64,000 bases of DNA from Desulfatiglandales bacterium. GTDB lineage: Bacteria > Desulfobacterota > DSM-4660 > Desulfatiglandales > Desulfatiglandaceae. The position numbers and the translations under genes are program-made. Location: contig OY759599.1 of the NCBI GenBank assembly GCA_963662465.1, positions 2,848,001 to 2,912,000 of the forward strand, written 5' to 3'. The notes below the pieces were generated by a model. It saw only the letters and a list, made by a program, of their open reading frames with translations. It made no database searches and was not told the origin of the DNA. This document shows, piece by piece, positions 63,234 to 64,000 of the stretch (its first letter is position 1; each line of letters begins with the position of its first letter).

Positions 63234-64000
63234 ATGGGTCATTTAAGTATTTCCGTAAAGGCCGGTTTCGCGGTTCTAGGGATACTGTTAAATTCAATTG
63301 TTGCCGCCTCATCAAGCATTGCCGCCCCCCCTCCCCTTCACATTACCCGCATCACCCCTTCCGGAACGGATGTCCCGGCAGGGCGGCAAATTGTATTTCA
63401 ATTCGATAAACCCGTTGTCCCCATCGGGCGTATGTCGCGAAAGGCTTCCGCCTGCTCTAATTTCTTGGGACCCATTACCATCACTCCTTCCCTTAAATGC
63501 CAATGGCGCTGGCTCAATACTGGAACCCTGGCCTGTCAGCTGGATGAAAAATCCGCCCTTAAACCCGCCACCCGTTACCATATTGTCGTGAATCCCGGAA
63601 TCCAGACCCAGAATGGGGAAACCCTTGAAAAGCCCGTGCATCACAGTTTCACAACTGAACGCCCCCAAGTCCGAAACGCATGGTTTAAAACATGGCGGGC
63701 CCCTGGAATGCCGGTCATCCGATTGACTTTCAACCAACCGGTGTTCAAAAATTCCGTGGCCGAACACATCTTCATGGCAGCCAAAGGCAAAACGGAAAAG
63801 CCGATGGACATTACCGTTGAACCAGACCCGGACATAAAGGAAAACCCCCTTGGAGACACTGCAACAGACCCAAACCGGGAAGCCCGGCGGGTGTGGCTGG
63901 TGTCTCCTTCGAAAGAACTCCCGCTCAATACCCAGTTGACACTTCGGGTAAATCCAGGACTTGCTTCTTTCTCGGGACCGGAACGAGGGATTGAAAAACG
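63234..64000 (+). CDS. Bacterial alpha-2-macroglobulin-like protein, N-terminus (runs off the window)
   Basis: GGAGG RBS. Translated by hand: signal peptide, ITRITPSGTDVPAGRQIVFQFDKPVVP, CQWRWLN Ig-like domains. Confidence 0.7.
   Translation, partial: MGHLSISVKAGFAVLGILLNSIVAASSSIAAPPPLHITRITPSGTDVPAGRQIVFQFDKPVVPIGRMSRKASACSNFLGPITITPSLKCQWRWLNTGTLACQLDEKSALKPATRYHIVVNPGIQTQNGETLEKPVHHSFTTERPQVRNAWFKTWRAPGMPVIRLTFNQPVFKNSVAEHIFMAAKGKTEKPMDITVEPDPDIKENPLGDTATDPNREARRVWLVSPSKELPLNTQLTLRVNPGLASFSGPERGIEK

Overview
Window from an anaerobic, Desulfobacterota-like genome (inferred from gene content). 1-25.8 kb is a mobile-element island ending at a tRNA-Phe with a dead tyrosine integrase. It holds two inverted copies of a RIT-type tyrosine-recombinase element. 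One copy is interrupted by an intact 4.7-kb IS21-like transposon carrying Zn-finger, HTH and ParB-domain genes, by an ISAzo13 and by an IS21 stub. The island also has an ISAs1-like IS with a MITE at the same target, a group II intron inserted right after a start codon of a second RIT integrase, an orphan integron cassette, and two large secreted protease-like cargo genes. 26-58.8 kb is mostly housekeeping: hrpA, ettA, an MCE/Mla ABC system, moaC/E, hemA-ccsA-sirC, tRNA-His, selA, gmhA, ispF, cysS, uvrB, rlmB, plus two TA modules. 59-64 kb has a serine hydrolase, IS scars and the start of an alpha-2-macroglobulin gene. All calls come from reading motifs by eye; no database searches were run.
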